A stretch of DNA of 63,425 nucleotides, counting the filler. It is 13 parts of 13 records of this genome, joined end to end, with 100 filler letters (N's around TTAATTAATTAA, not from the genome) between each part and the next. Parts side by side here need not be neighbours in the genome. Positions count along the whole stretch, not along the records: positions 21,236 to 27,334 come from SRR15195285_2460; positions 27,435 to 35,636 come from SRR15195285_2462; 11 more parts are not named here. One strand, 5' to 3'. The position numbers were made by a program, and so were the translations under genes. The stretch's first letter is position 1. Each line of letters starts with the position of its first letter. The notes under the pieces were generated by a model, which searched no databases, was not told the origin of the DNA, and saw nothing but the letters and a program-made list of their open reading frames with translations. This document shows, one piece after another, positions 21,237 to 33,615 of the stretch.

Positions 21237-24200
21237 CCGGAGCCGGAGCCGGAGCCGGAGCTGCTGTACAGCGCACGAGAAGTGCAGCAGCGTGGCAGTG
21301 TGGTGCTCAACTCGGAGGTTGGGTACAACTCTGTCGACAGCTCGCCGTATGCGGACAAGGGGAATGCGTGGGGGCACTTCACCGTTGAAGGCAACGCGGC
21401 GGTTGAGCCGGAGCACGACACGACAGCGACTGTGAGTGCGCAGCTCGGCGAGTCTCTGGCGGCGCGCATCGTCTACATGAATCCGGAGACGCGTCCTCAA
21501 GAGCACGTCACCACGGCCGAAGAACTGGTCCGGAACCTACTACGTGCAGGCACTGTGCGCGACGACACAGTTGTGTGGATGCCTGACTACGAACAGCATC
21601 TACTGGTCGATGTGATCGACCTGGATGCAGCGCGAGAAGCGACCGACGATGAGCTCGAAGAAGTGTTGCAAATGCTGCTGTCCCAGCTTCGGAAACTGCC
21701 GCGCTCTTCCACCAAAAGCTTTCCAAGTCAATCTGGCGCCACGCCTACGCTTCTACCGCCATTTGCAGTGACAATCCACGAGCCTGGCCCGCTGGGGATC
21801 AGCTGGACAAGCCGTACGAACGCCTCACCGCCTGAAATCGAGCGGGTGGCGCCGGGTTCCATCGCTGCCCGAGTGCCGCAGCTGCAACGCGGTATGGTCC
21901 TACTGAGTGTCGAAGGCGAGCCACTTCATGGACTGGCGCTTGCTGCAATGCTTGCTTCAATCGATCAGCATTCAGAGCGGCCACTTTTGCTTGGATTCGC
22001 GGAGCCTGCAGCTGGGATCAGCGACGAGCACATCGGCGTGCTTGCGGTGGGAGAGATTCTTGCACCTGCATATCGCAATCTGCGCTCACGATCCTCTCAG
22101 GCGGTGGAGGTCTTTCGCCACGCAGCCAGGGAGCTGCGGCTGGAAGAGGAGAAGAGATTTGTCACCGCCGCAGATCCGCGATTGGCGACACAAATGACGC
22201 TGTCTCGATACGAGGATACGGTTGTAGCGGTTGAGCTCAAGGCAGGCACAAAGTTGCTCGTGAAGGCTGACTATCGTCCGTCGTTCGACGGCGCGATCCC
22301 AGTGCAGAAGGGTCAAGAAGTTGTAGCGCTGGACACACGGCATGCGGAATGGTGGAACGTCGACGCTGGCGGACGCCATGGGTACGTGCCGAAGACCTTC
22401 CTTGATCCTTTGCGCAGTCCGTTCATGTGCATGGTACGGCTGCCGAAGCCGTACGACCATGTCGAAACTGGCCTGGCCTGCCACGCGAACACGACTGCAC
22501 AGCAGCCGCTCGATGCGGCCTTGCGGCGCCTCAAGTCTCTACTCAATTCAGGTGGATCTGCACCGACTGAGGACATGCGCAAAACCATGAAGACTGATAC
22601 CCCCGCGGCGATACCACTAGATTCTGCTGCATACACTCTGAAAGTTGCTGGGTTTGATGACTACGTGGCTGGTCCGGGCACCCGTTTGGTCGACGTGCCC
22701 ACGATTCGTCAGCAGATGAGTCAGCGCGCTGGTGATGCGACGTGGCGGCTGGCACTGCACCTGGTTCAGCTGCCGGAGGTTCTGCCGTCTCCCTTGAGCC
22801 CATCGCAGTCTACCGTTGCGGCTGCGCTGGAGGCTGGCGCTCTTTCTTCGTCTAGTACACCCACTGAGCTGTCCGATGGAGTTGCACGGCCCCACGAAAT
22901 TCCAGCATGGTGGCGCGACACGGCTGATATCAACTCCACCCTGTCCGTCAGAGTCCAGGCAATTCTGGGCATCCAGCCTGGCGATCACGCCACCTACGAG
23001 CCTGCAGTGAACTTTGCGGACGGCTTTTGGGGCAGCAAACTAGTATCCAATGTGCCCATTGGCGACATTTACGTTGAGTGCGTGATACACTGCGGCAACC
23101 GAGTCATCGGGTCTTCCGACACACAAACTAAGTCCCGTTGCGCCACGGTTGAGAAGCAAAAGAAGCCAAGTGGCAAGTCTCCGGACCCACGTTACATTTT
23201 TGAGGAAGATCTCGACACCAACGCTCGCGTGCTCGAGCTACCTCGGAAGGCGCGACTGATCTTCAAGATACGCTCGGTGCGCGCCAAGCACGAAACAGAC
23301 AATGGCAACACCGTCGCATGGGGTGCGCTGCCGCTGTTCGATTTCAGAGGACAGCTGAATACGGGTGTGAAGGAGTTGTGCCTGTGGCCTGTTGGGCTGC
23401 ACAACCCAGATATGCATGAGCGTGGTGAGTGGCTGTACTCGAAGCGTGAGGGTGCACTAGGTACAGCTCAGAACCTACACCACAAGAATCCGATTGTTTT
23501 AGTGGTGAACGTGAACTCCCCACCGAGCTCACCAGCAGACACCACCGGTGTTCCCGCAAGTGGCGCCGCTTCGCCATCAGAGCGTGTGGCAGGATCTGAC
23601 TCAATTTATCACAGCGATGTTTTCCGAAAAGTTCAACTAACTTTTCATAGTGACGGCGATATTTCGTTTGTCCACCCCGTACCTGATGGCACTCATGGTG
23701 TCGACACCACCCTTGGTGACATCACGGCCCTAGCGCTGCATGAGCCGTCCTCCTCAGTGTCTGAAGAGCTTGCGGCAGTGGATGCAGAAGAGGCTGCATT
23801 CCGCAGGGCCCTCGAGTTTCCTGTGGCGCTCTATCAAAACCAGACTCTTCCGCTGACCCCAGAGACTGCAGCAATGCCTTCTTGCGCACACAACGTCGAG
23901 ATGCCGACATGGTCTGATCACGCTGGCAGGCCAATCTTTCCTGTATCAAATATCCGACCGACACTCGCGACTGCTGCATTGCAGGAGCACGTGCAGGAGC
24001 TTGACATGACAGAAATTCACTTTGACTTGGCGTTGCGTGCATACCTGAACTCGTTTGACCTCACAAATTGGCTAGAGCCGACGAGGATTACACAAGCCAT
24101 CGAGATTTTCATCGAGCGCTATTGCGAGTGCAACCCACAGCACTGGACGGCATGGCGGCCGATGGCACAAAGACTTGCGATGGAAACGATCCGCCTGCAC

Positions 24201-26582
24201 AGCAACATGGAGACAGTCTCACGACACGATTACATTGCCGCTGTGGGTGCATCGGAGAATGGCAGCGCGACTGAGCTGGCATTGGCAAAGTACATCGGTG
24301 CCATGTATGACCGAATTACTGGAGCAGGTGTGGCACTGAGAGACGACGACGCAACGTGGGATCAGAACTACAGCGTGGGTATGTACGGGCAAGTTGATCA
24401 CGATGAGCGAGCACTTCAACTTAAGAGCGCAGTTGAGCTTATGATCAACGGAAGCCAGATTCTCGACACTGGTTGGGAGTGGAAAGCAGGCTCGCGTTGG
24501 TCAGTCGACCGCAAGCAAGTGGTTGACACTGACAAGGACGGCTGGAGCTATGCTGCTGATTGGCAGAGCTGCTGGTACTCGTCTCAGAACGACGTCATTT
24601 GGAAAGAGGCAGAAATGAACGACCGCAATTGCACGCAAGTCGTGCGGCGGCGCCGGTGGGTCCGTCCTCGCGTAGACCATCCGATTACCGATGTTGGCCT
24701 GGCCGAGGAGGTTGTGGAAAGCTTGCGTGATGCGATGGGTGTAGCCGCATCGCGTCTTGCGCGTGTAAGCTCGCGCTGGCAACCAGAGCAACTCCCGGAT
24801 GAGGAGCGCGGTGTTGCTGGCCCAGCGGCAGATCATGGCTGGCGCTCGCTGCACGACTTTACAGCTTTCCGTGCGGTGCTCAAGTCTGACGCGCTCTGGG
24901 AACCGCTCGATGCGCAACAGTCGGATGTCGTGTTCTACTACCGTCAACGTTTGCGAAACCTGCCAGAGATGACACCGAAGCTGCTACTCTGCGTAGACTG
25001 GCAGCAGACGCGTCAAGTCGAGCGCGCACTGCGATGCCTCTCTGAACACGCGCCAGTTCCATGGCACATCGCTCTCCAGCTACTGGACGCTAGATATCCC
25101 CACTCATCCGTTCGGCTCTATGCAGTCCATTCTCTTCGATCGGTCACAGATGAGCAGCTGATGGACTTTCTGCTGCAGCTAGTGCAGACGCTCAAGTATG
25201 AGAGCCACCATGATAACCCGGTTGCACGCTTCCTGCTCAATCGTGCTCTAAGCTGCCCACGACATATCGGCCATCGGCTCTTCTGGACATTGCGATCTGA
25301 ACTGCATGACCCAATGCTGATGGAGCGATTTGGTCTGCTCCAAGAAGAATATCTGAAGGGCCTGCGAGCGCCTGACTTCGCCCGTATCAATAGAGAATCA
25401 AAAATGCTCTCCGTGCTGATCGACTTGGCAGCACGCGTGAAGGCGCATGACCGCAGGAACACAGAGCATGCTGCAGCAAGGCAGACGGAGTTCTTGCGAG
25501 CGGAGCTCACGCGCCTAGGAGACGCCTCAGCGGACGAGTCAGGACTGCCGCCGACCTTCACCCTCCCACTCGACCCCTCTTTTGAGGCCTGTGGCCTACT
25601 GGCAGAGAAATGTAAGGTGATGGGATCAGCACAACGTCCGTTGTGGCTTGAGTTTCAAAATGCCGACCCATATGGTGACCCGCTTGCAGTCATCCTCAAA
25701 ACAGGTGACGATCTGCGGCAAGACATCTTGACGCTGCAGATGCTCAAAATTATCGATCAAATATGGAAGGCTGAAGGACTGAATCTCTGGCTTGTACCGT
25801 ACCGGTGCGTTGCTACAGGTGAGGAGCAGGGGATGCTTGAGGTCGTTCCTGGGAAGACGCTCCTCCAAATCATGCGCGAAGGCTCTGGAACTACATCGCG
25901 AGGCTTCATCACATCCACGACGTGGCTGTCGAACTGGCTCCGGGCCCAGAACCCTTCTCCAGAAGCGTACGAGGAGGCGAAGGCGCGATTTCTGCTGTCA
26001 AATGCTGGCTACTGTGTGGTACAGCACGTGCTTGGGATCGGCGATCGCCACCCGTCAAACATTATGGTCAAACCTAATGGGAACCTGTTCCATATCGATT
26101 TCGGTCACTTTCTCGGCCATTTCAAGTACGCGGTGAAGTCTATCGGCGTGCTCAGGTACCCCAGCACTGTCCTCCTCTTCCCTTCCTTGTCTCGCACCTG
26201 TTTTCTGCGATCGCAATGGCCGTGACAACGGCTGTTCGTTCGATTTTGTAGGGAGACGTCGCTACCGTTTACAGACGCTCATGTTGAGGTTCTCGGTGGT
26301 CGAGATTCGGCTGGCTTTCGCAAGTTCGTCGAAACATGCTGCGAAGCGTTCTGCGTGTTGCGGCGCCATCGCGATCTCTTCGTTGGGTTGTTTTCGATGA
26401 TGCTCGGCACAGGTATTCCGGAGCTGCAGTCCCACAAGGACCTGGCGTACCTGAATGAGAGCCTCATGCCAGAGGCTAGCGAGGCCGAAGCCAAAAAGTT
26501 CTTCGCTGGGAAAATCTTTGAGGCTCTGGAAAATTTCCGAGATCGAGTGAATCTCGATCTTGCCCACGCGCTGAAGCATTGA
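21237..26582 (+). CDS. Class I-like phosphoinositide 3-kinase with GYF_2, PDZ, SH3, RBD, C2, Sec7-like, DysF, helical and kinase domains (5' truncated)
   Basis: Kinase: CKVMGSAQRPLWL, KTGDDLRQDILTLQM, LGIGDRHPSNIM, LFHIDFGHFLG. Helical: ALQLLD...LLQLVQTLKYE. Intron 26156-26251, then an exon ending AHALKH*. Confidence 0.93.
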
Positions 26583-26645
26583 GCTAGGTTGGAGTACCTC
26601 GGTACATAATGTGACGTATGTTGTTTCATTTAGCCACCGGGCTCT

Positions 26646-27334
26646 TCACCACGGGCGCACAACATTCTCTTGCAGGTCCCAGCCGCCCGTCACGTTGACT
26701 CTGGTCGTCAGACCGGTGTCCGCGTGACTTGCGAAGCCGCACGACAAAATGTACCTGCGCGACCCAAGAGGGCACATTCAGTTTGAAATGAGGTTCATTC
26801 GGGCCTACGCAACAATGCGCGAACTCGAATGTATATAGAAGTGCTGCCTCACACGCCGGGATGTACACGGAGGACCATGTCGTCTCCCGGGAAAGCAAGA
26901 TCGTCAGCGCGCACCGGCATCGTCACGCTCATTGTTCCATGCGCGGGAACAACCACTCGAGCAAATGCGGCCAGACGTTTCCATGGACGGACATGGCGTG
27001 TTACTCCAGTTGGGTCTTGAATGTACAGCTGAACTACTGCAGGGCTGGTGCGACCTGATGTTTCCGTCACCTTCACCGTTGCCACCACGCTTGCCGTATC
27101 ATTGCGCGGCGAGAATGTCGCTTCCTGAGATTACACAAATGACATATAGATATCTTAGAGTGCTCTGGGACTGACTGCAAATATACTGTCTGCAATGTAC
27201 AAGAGATAGACTGCATAGCCTGCAGCTCCGAATCTACCTATCGTAGATAGAGGCTTGAGGCGTACTAAGTGTGCAAGCACATGGTGTCCGTAGGACATTC
27301 CTTCACCGAAATGAAATAAAGGCACCTGTTCGTA
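26646..27334 (-). CDS. 3' end of a glycoside hydrolase family 3 gene (Fn3-like domain)
   Basis: PLFHFGEGMSY, then VVQLYIQDP...RPWKRLAAFARV...DDLAF...PGV|YILSCG across two introns. Confidence 0.85.
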
Positions 27335-27434
27335 NNNNNNNNNNNNNNNNNNNNNNNNNNNNNNNNNNNNNNNNNNNNTTAATTAATTAANNNNNNNNNN
27401 NNNNNNNNNNNNNNNNNNNNNNNNNNNNNNNNNN

Positions 27435-27518
27435 GCAGAACTGCGGGCGGATAAGGAGGTGGTGGATGCCGCCATTAACCAGAATGCGATGGCCGCACGG
27501 CACGCACGTGGCCCTTAG
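27435..27518 (+). CDS. 3' end of a DUF4116-repeat protein
   Basis: AELRADKEVVDAAINQNAMAARHA* matches the DUF4116 unit ELxxDKEVVLAAVxQNGxALxYA. Confidence 0.7.
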   Translation, partial: AELRADKEVVDAAINQNAMAARHARGP

Positions 27519-28237
27519 CAATGTTATAGCGTACCCATAACGTGATCTATCGTCGGTCTGGTGGGCGCGCGAATGCTAAAATCAGATGAAATCAGCGATT
27601 CTCCCAGGTAGCATTAGTATGTAATTGGTATGTACCGGTGTGCAACACCCGGCCATTTGACCATGTCGTCTAAGTTATTGCACACAGCACGTCAGCCGCC
27701 TGTCGCCGACACTGATTCTATTTAAACTCCTGGAAAGCGAACGAGATCGCGTCCGCTGTCATGGGTACGTCTCAGGGCAATGGATGTGCTATCCTGGCAG
27801 CGCTGGTGACGGTGATTGCCATGTCGCATTGGCTGCTTTGTTCTCGAGCATTGGCCTTTTGAACTTTCCTCTACCTCACAGGTACCGGTAGTATCGGTAT
27901 TCATCACGATTCTCTGTATGAAATACAAGCGCCGGAGTGTATCATGAATAGTGTGTACACGCTCACGGATTGCCAAAATTGCGGTGCCGACGGTGGGAAA
28001 ATTGCATGAACGGTCGTCGTGTGGGACAGCCGGCGTTGCGATGGATTAGCCGTTATCGGCGGGCTGGATGGGCATGGCCCCCTCCCATACAACTGGCTGG
28101 GGCATCCGCTGCGCCCGTGGCAAGGTGGGATAGGGTAGGAGCGGGCTGTGGGGCTGTCGGGGTAAGAGCGGTTGTAGTCGGGGTCCCACTGGGCAGACGA
28201 CTGCACGTGCTGAGCGATTCGATCTTTTTGAGCGACG

Positions 28238-31200
28238 ATGACGGAAGCGAGCGGCGGCACAAGCTTCCACATGCCTGGTGTGGTGGATCAGGTGGTCGAG
28301 CAATCTCAGTCGCGGCTCCCGCTCAATCAGGAGGGCGATGGTAGGGAATCTCCACGGCCAGGGAACGTGGCATTTAGGAAGAAACCATCCGCCGACAGCC
28401 GCAGCAGCATCGGGCAACGGACGAGCACAACCGGCCGCTCCGGCGCAGGAAATGGCGGTGGACACATGCCTTCGGTCACGCATCACATGAAGCCAAAGCT
28501 CATGAGTATGCTCAACCCATGGGGAGGTGAGAGCCACCCTATGGCGGAGGTCAAGGGAGCGCTTACCGTGACCGTTAAGACGGGTCCCATGGAAGGTGCG
28601 GGTACGGACTCGCGCATCTGGATGCGAATCCACGGCAAAGAAAAGGACTGCTATAGTCCAGTCTTCGAGCTCGAGCACGGCCGCAATCGCCACTCTTTCT
28701 CAAGAGGGCAGCTTTTCAAGTTTGATCTCTCGGCGCCGTACCCCCATGTTAGCTTGAGAGACGACGTTGATGAAATCAAACGATCTGGGGAGAACATCAC
28801 GCCGCTGTGCAAGGATATCAAGCAAATAGAGGTCTGGCGTGATGACGGGCGTGACGTTGCGCTCGACGGCGAAGATCCATCGTGGTTCCTGTCGCGCGTC
28901 ACCATCGAGGAACCGCACACGGGTGAACACTGGGATTTCATCTATGACAACTGGGTAGAAATGACAATGAACGAGCGAGCACTGAAGGCAATCGATGCTC
29001 CCGACCAAGATATCGTAGACCAGGAAACGGCGATGGCTAGGATTGCCGCCTGTCCACCAGGCGCGAAACTGGAGCACGTAGTCCGGTATGACACAATGCG
29101 GCTTGAAAAGCTCGGAGGGCTGGTTAACGTTAGCAATGCTGAGACAGAATTACAGTGGTGGACTGCGGGTGATGGGGTGCGACACTATATTCTCTTCGCG
29201 ACAATAGACAAGATCATCAGCCTGCTAATCATTTTCACCATTGTATGCGACATCTTTCGCGAAGAAGTCGTTAAGGAGTGCGTCGTTCTGCAGCTAGATC
29301 ATATTGATGACCCAGATATCGCTGGTTGTGATTGGGCTAGTGGGGCTGCCTCGCTTTACCCTTGGCTGCTGGGATTGGACCTCTTCATCCTGGTTATATT
29401 TCTGCTGGAGCTGGTATTCCGCTTTTTGTTGAAGTACTGGGGGATGCGGAACGTTTTTGCTCATGTCCTCAAGGGCTATAATCGCAGGTACCGCAAGCTT
29501 GGGCTGGAGGCTTTCAAAAAGAACGGGATACGTCGCAGTGATCCACAGCGCACCAAACACCCATGGTTCATGACGCTGTATGCCCCGGGCAACGAGCAGT
29601 TCAGAAAAGAGTACGAAGATGTCATGGATGGTGATTTGCATGCGCGACAACGGATCCCTTTCAACTTTTTGGCCAGCGAGTCGATGTATGTGGTCATATT
29701 TGAGCTAGTCATAGTCGTGGCCGCTTTTAGCACACAAGCCGTATACATTGCTATATCCGATGGAACAATCAATAAGGACCTGACCGGCAACGACATAGCG
29801 AAGGTGGTTAGCATTATGCGAGTCATTCGGGTCACCCGAATCGTCACACGGATTAACAAGCTGCGCCAACTGGTGGTGGCCCTAGCTATGGCTTTCACAG
29901 GAGTGCTGTGGATCTTGGTACTTGTTCTGGTTGGCTCGTATGCGTACGCTATTGTGGGTGTGATGTCGTTTCGGACCGACGTCACAAACAGCGCAATTAT
30001 AGAGACTGAAGACTGCGACAGCGCCTGCGTTGCCGAAAATCTGGACGGACTCTTTGGTGACCTGTGGAGTGCAGGCAAGACGCTGTTTTTCAACGTCCTT
30101 TTGGGCGATAACATCGGTGATGTGCTTCAAGTAGGATATTCTGGTCCTGGTAGAAACTGGATCTATGTCTACGTGATCTCGTACTTGGTCATCTGTGTCT
30201 TTTTGCTTATGGAGGCCGTCACTGGCTACATTGTGGACATCATCAGCAGCAAGTACCAGCAACAACGCGCTGTTGATGCTCTTCCTTTTGCGGCAGTCGC
30301 ACGCGTTCGCGTGGTTGATTGGTACGAGTCGCTCAAGCTTCATCCTAACAAGAAACCGGACCGAACAGGCGAGCAGCAGTGGCTAGGAGCATGGATGAAT
30401 GCTGCCATCAAAACAGGCAAGATCAACATCACCAGCGTCGATCATGTCCGTCGTATGCTCCGACAGATCAAGAAATACAACCTTGAGTACGCGCAAATGG
30501 AGTTTGAGCCTACAGCGGGATGTGCTGACTTCGAGCCGTCCGATTGGCTGATCGGTGTGCGTTCTGAGGCAGAGATGACGCGTCTACTTGAGCACGGATT
30601 CACTTACTGGGACAAGAGCGACAAGGGGGCACCAAGAAACCCAACCCCGTGGGAACATGAACTGGATCCGGAAACTGACGGCCCTATTACGCTGACAATT
30701 CCAGTGAGCCGTGAGAATGAAGGAGACCTCATCCAACTCGTCGGTCTTCGCACACCGTCGTTTGCTGTAGAGGAGCATGTGATGGAGGCTTTTCAGGAGT
30801 ACGGTGTTGTGCTCAAGGTGGAGCGAGAGAAATGGGATCTTCCGGAGGACCCGCAAAACCCAGAGGAGATTGCTGAGCTTGAGCAGACGCACACTCTTCT
30901 GTGGAGGGTTCGTTTGTATATGAACGAAAAGCAATTCCCAGTGCTTCCTGTGGAAGAATTCCCCACCGGGCCACAAGCGCAACTGCGGCGCCGTGGAATG
31001 CTCGACTGCCAAGCCATTGAGATTTATGGCCAGATGTGCCCGATTCTGCCTGAACGACTCGAGCGGCCGCACCAAAAGACAAAGAGACAGTCAGATCAAC
31101 AAGACGACACTGGCCTGGCGAAAGTTCTTCCACGTTTCTTGATGTCCGAGCTCTTCGAGTTCGCGCAGACTTTCACACCTGACGAAGAGGACCACCAGGA

Positions 31201-33358
31201 TAGAATCGAAGATGCTCTTGATAGTGTCCTGCCGAAGGAAGCCCTCATCGAGCATCTCATGACACCGCGTGCTGTGCTTCAGATTATACAGGTACCCGCC
31301 GGACAGCCTTTTCCAGGGCAGCCTATCTCAGAGGCAAGCAAAAGACTGGAGAAGAGCAAGTCTGCATCTGGCCCAAGGCAAACATTTGCTCAGCTGAGTT
31401 GGAGCGAGCTGCAGGTTCACGTTGAGCATTTCCGTTCGCTGGGGCTCATCAAGAGCGAGGATGAGGCTGCTGTTGATGCGAGCAACAACCCGAAGGAGGC
31501 TTGGATTGATATCTTATGCCAGCTTGAGGCCGAAGAGAGTAAGTACACTCGCGGTTTCGGATGGAAATCCAAATGGGACCAGCTTCGCGAGGCTACAGAA
31601 AACCTGAAAATCAGCCTCTATATGACCTGTGCCGGCATCAGAGAGCTCACAGGCCCACAGCTTCAGACGCGCGCGCTTGAGGATTCTGGAGTAACGGTGG
31701 ACGAACTGGATGCCGCCGTTGCCTACGAAATGTGGCTGCGCGCGGACAACGAAGACACAGAAGATGACGTTCGGAAGGAGTTAACCCCTCTGCTGGAAGA
31801 AATTTTGGATCAAGTGATTCACTATCTATACCCAGATGGAATGGCTGAAGGAGGCTTGACACACGCAATTCCTGGAAGACAGCTGATGTCGCCATCAGGT
31901 GCATACGAGGACGATCTGACGCCTACGGAACAGGCATATCTAAGCACGTCTTGTTTTAGTGCCGTGCCACTGAAAGATCTGACCCCAGAGTTAGTGCCGA
32001 TGGAATGTTTCTTCTTGTTTTGGGACAGCACAGCGAACAAGTTTACGTCGAACTACATGAAGGATTGCCCAATCCTCAGGCATCGAGAGGTGGCAAAGCA
32101 GATAATAGCTCTTGTTGAACGTGAAGATCGACCAGTGTTGGAAAAGATGGAAATCGTGGCAGCAAAGCGGGAGGGGGCACTGAAAGCAATCTTGCGCCAT
32201 TTCGATATTGGTGGCACCACGATGGCAGAGCTTGATAAGCATATTGAGAACATTAGCAACTCATCGCGCAGTCATTCTGATACACTGTCTCAATTTACAA
32301 TATCTGAGCTTTATAAACTGGCCAAGGACGAGCAGCTGCATCGCAAGTTTGTGAACTATAAGCGAGAGAGGGGTAGAATTATCCAGGCGATCGTCCAGCA
32401 TGAGACCAAGCTCCACAAGTCTTCAGCCAGTGAAAGAAGGTTTCTAAAAGAAGTGTCCCTTGCAAGTCTGACCGACGAACTACACCAAAGATCGACTGCT
32501 GAGCTACAAGAAATTGCCAAAGAAGAGTTAGGTTGGGTTGCCGATGAAAAGCAGGACCAACTGCAGGCGGCCCTAGATTCTGAAAATCCGAAAAAAGTCC
32601 TAATCTGGCGGCTGCTCGAGGCGGGGGCTCACCCCGCACCAACCTCTGATTCGGAAGGGTTTGAAGAGATTGCCACCAAAGGATTCAGTCTTGCACTAAA
32701 GGTTCCACAAGACAGCTGGGAACAGACAGAGAAGGAGCTGCGTGAGCTCGCCCAACAGAAACACAGTCCAAACATCCAAAAATTGCTGGACCAGGCTTAC
32801 CACAAGGTACGCAGCACCAGACACCAGATGGGCTTGCCGGGGCAAACTGGTGCGATGCATGCACCCACAACACTCGCTCCCTGGGCAAGTCAGATGCAGA
32901 ACGACCTGGCGAAGGTATATGAGCGAAGCGAAAAACTAGACCGACACACGGTGCGCCTGATTTGCGTTGCAAGCACTATTTCGTTGATTCTGACGCGCGT
33001 TAGGAAACTGCTACCGTTGCTCTGCATCCTTAATGTCTAACGCTACACATGTTGCATGTGTACACTACCCAGACCAAGCTGCACGATAAGGTGGCTTTCA
33101 TGAGTAACGATCTTGGCAAAATCCTCAGGGATCACGGTCGAGCGATCACGGGTGCGTCTACTCTACTGGAAGCTTTGCGTCAGCCCATAGATACGGCGAA
33201 TCGTTTACGGTAGTCGAGCAAAAGTGTCGCAGCAACTGTGTCGAACTTCTAGTAGCTTGCACTCTGCACTGTGCTTAGCCACACATCTGCACGCGTTGTG
33301 CTCAGACACACACAAAACCATCGAGGAGGACGAGGGTTACGACGTGGTGCATGGATGA
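28238..33358 (+). CDS. PLAT/LH2 + single-domain 6TM voltage-gated cation channel with long cytosolic tail
   Basis: PLAT: TVKTG..GAGTDSRI...SWFLSRVTI...WDFIYDNWV. S4: MRVIRVTRIVTRINKLR. Pore: FGDLWSAGKTLF..LLGDNIG, then S6. Two short terminal exons after 32950. Confidence 0.88.
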
Positions 33359-33615
33359 GGGCACGGGCATGAACGCTGAGCAATACTGGCCCACGTGTAT
33401 AGGTCGTGACCGCACGAGTTCACAACGAGCTCGCGCACTGCTACAGGCAGCAGTGCCCTGTACCTGAGTACATAGTGCGGCATTTAGGCACACGTCGCTG
33501 AATGTCGTAAGCATGCAGGGATATGCCTGTGCACAGCACTATGATCGGAACGAAGAGTCCGTAGCCGACTACAAGTAGCAATTTGCTGATACCTTTGCGT
33601 GTGCCAGCGATATTT

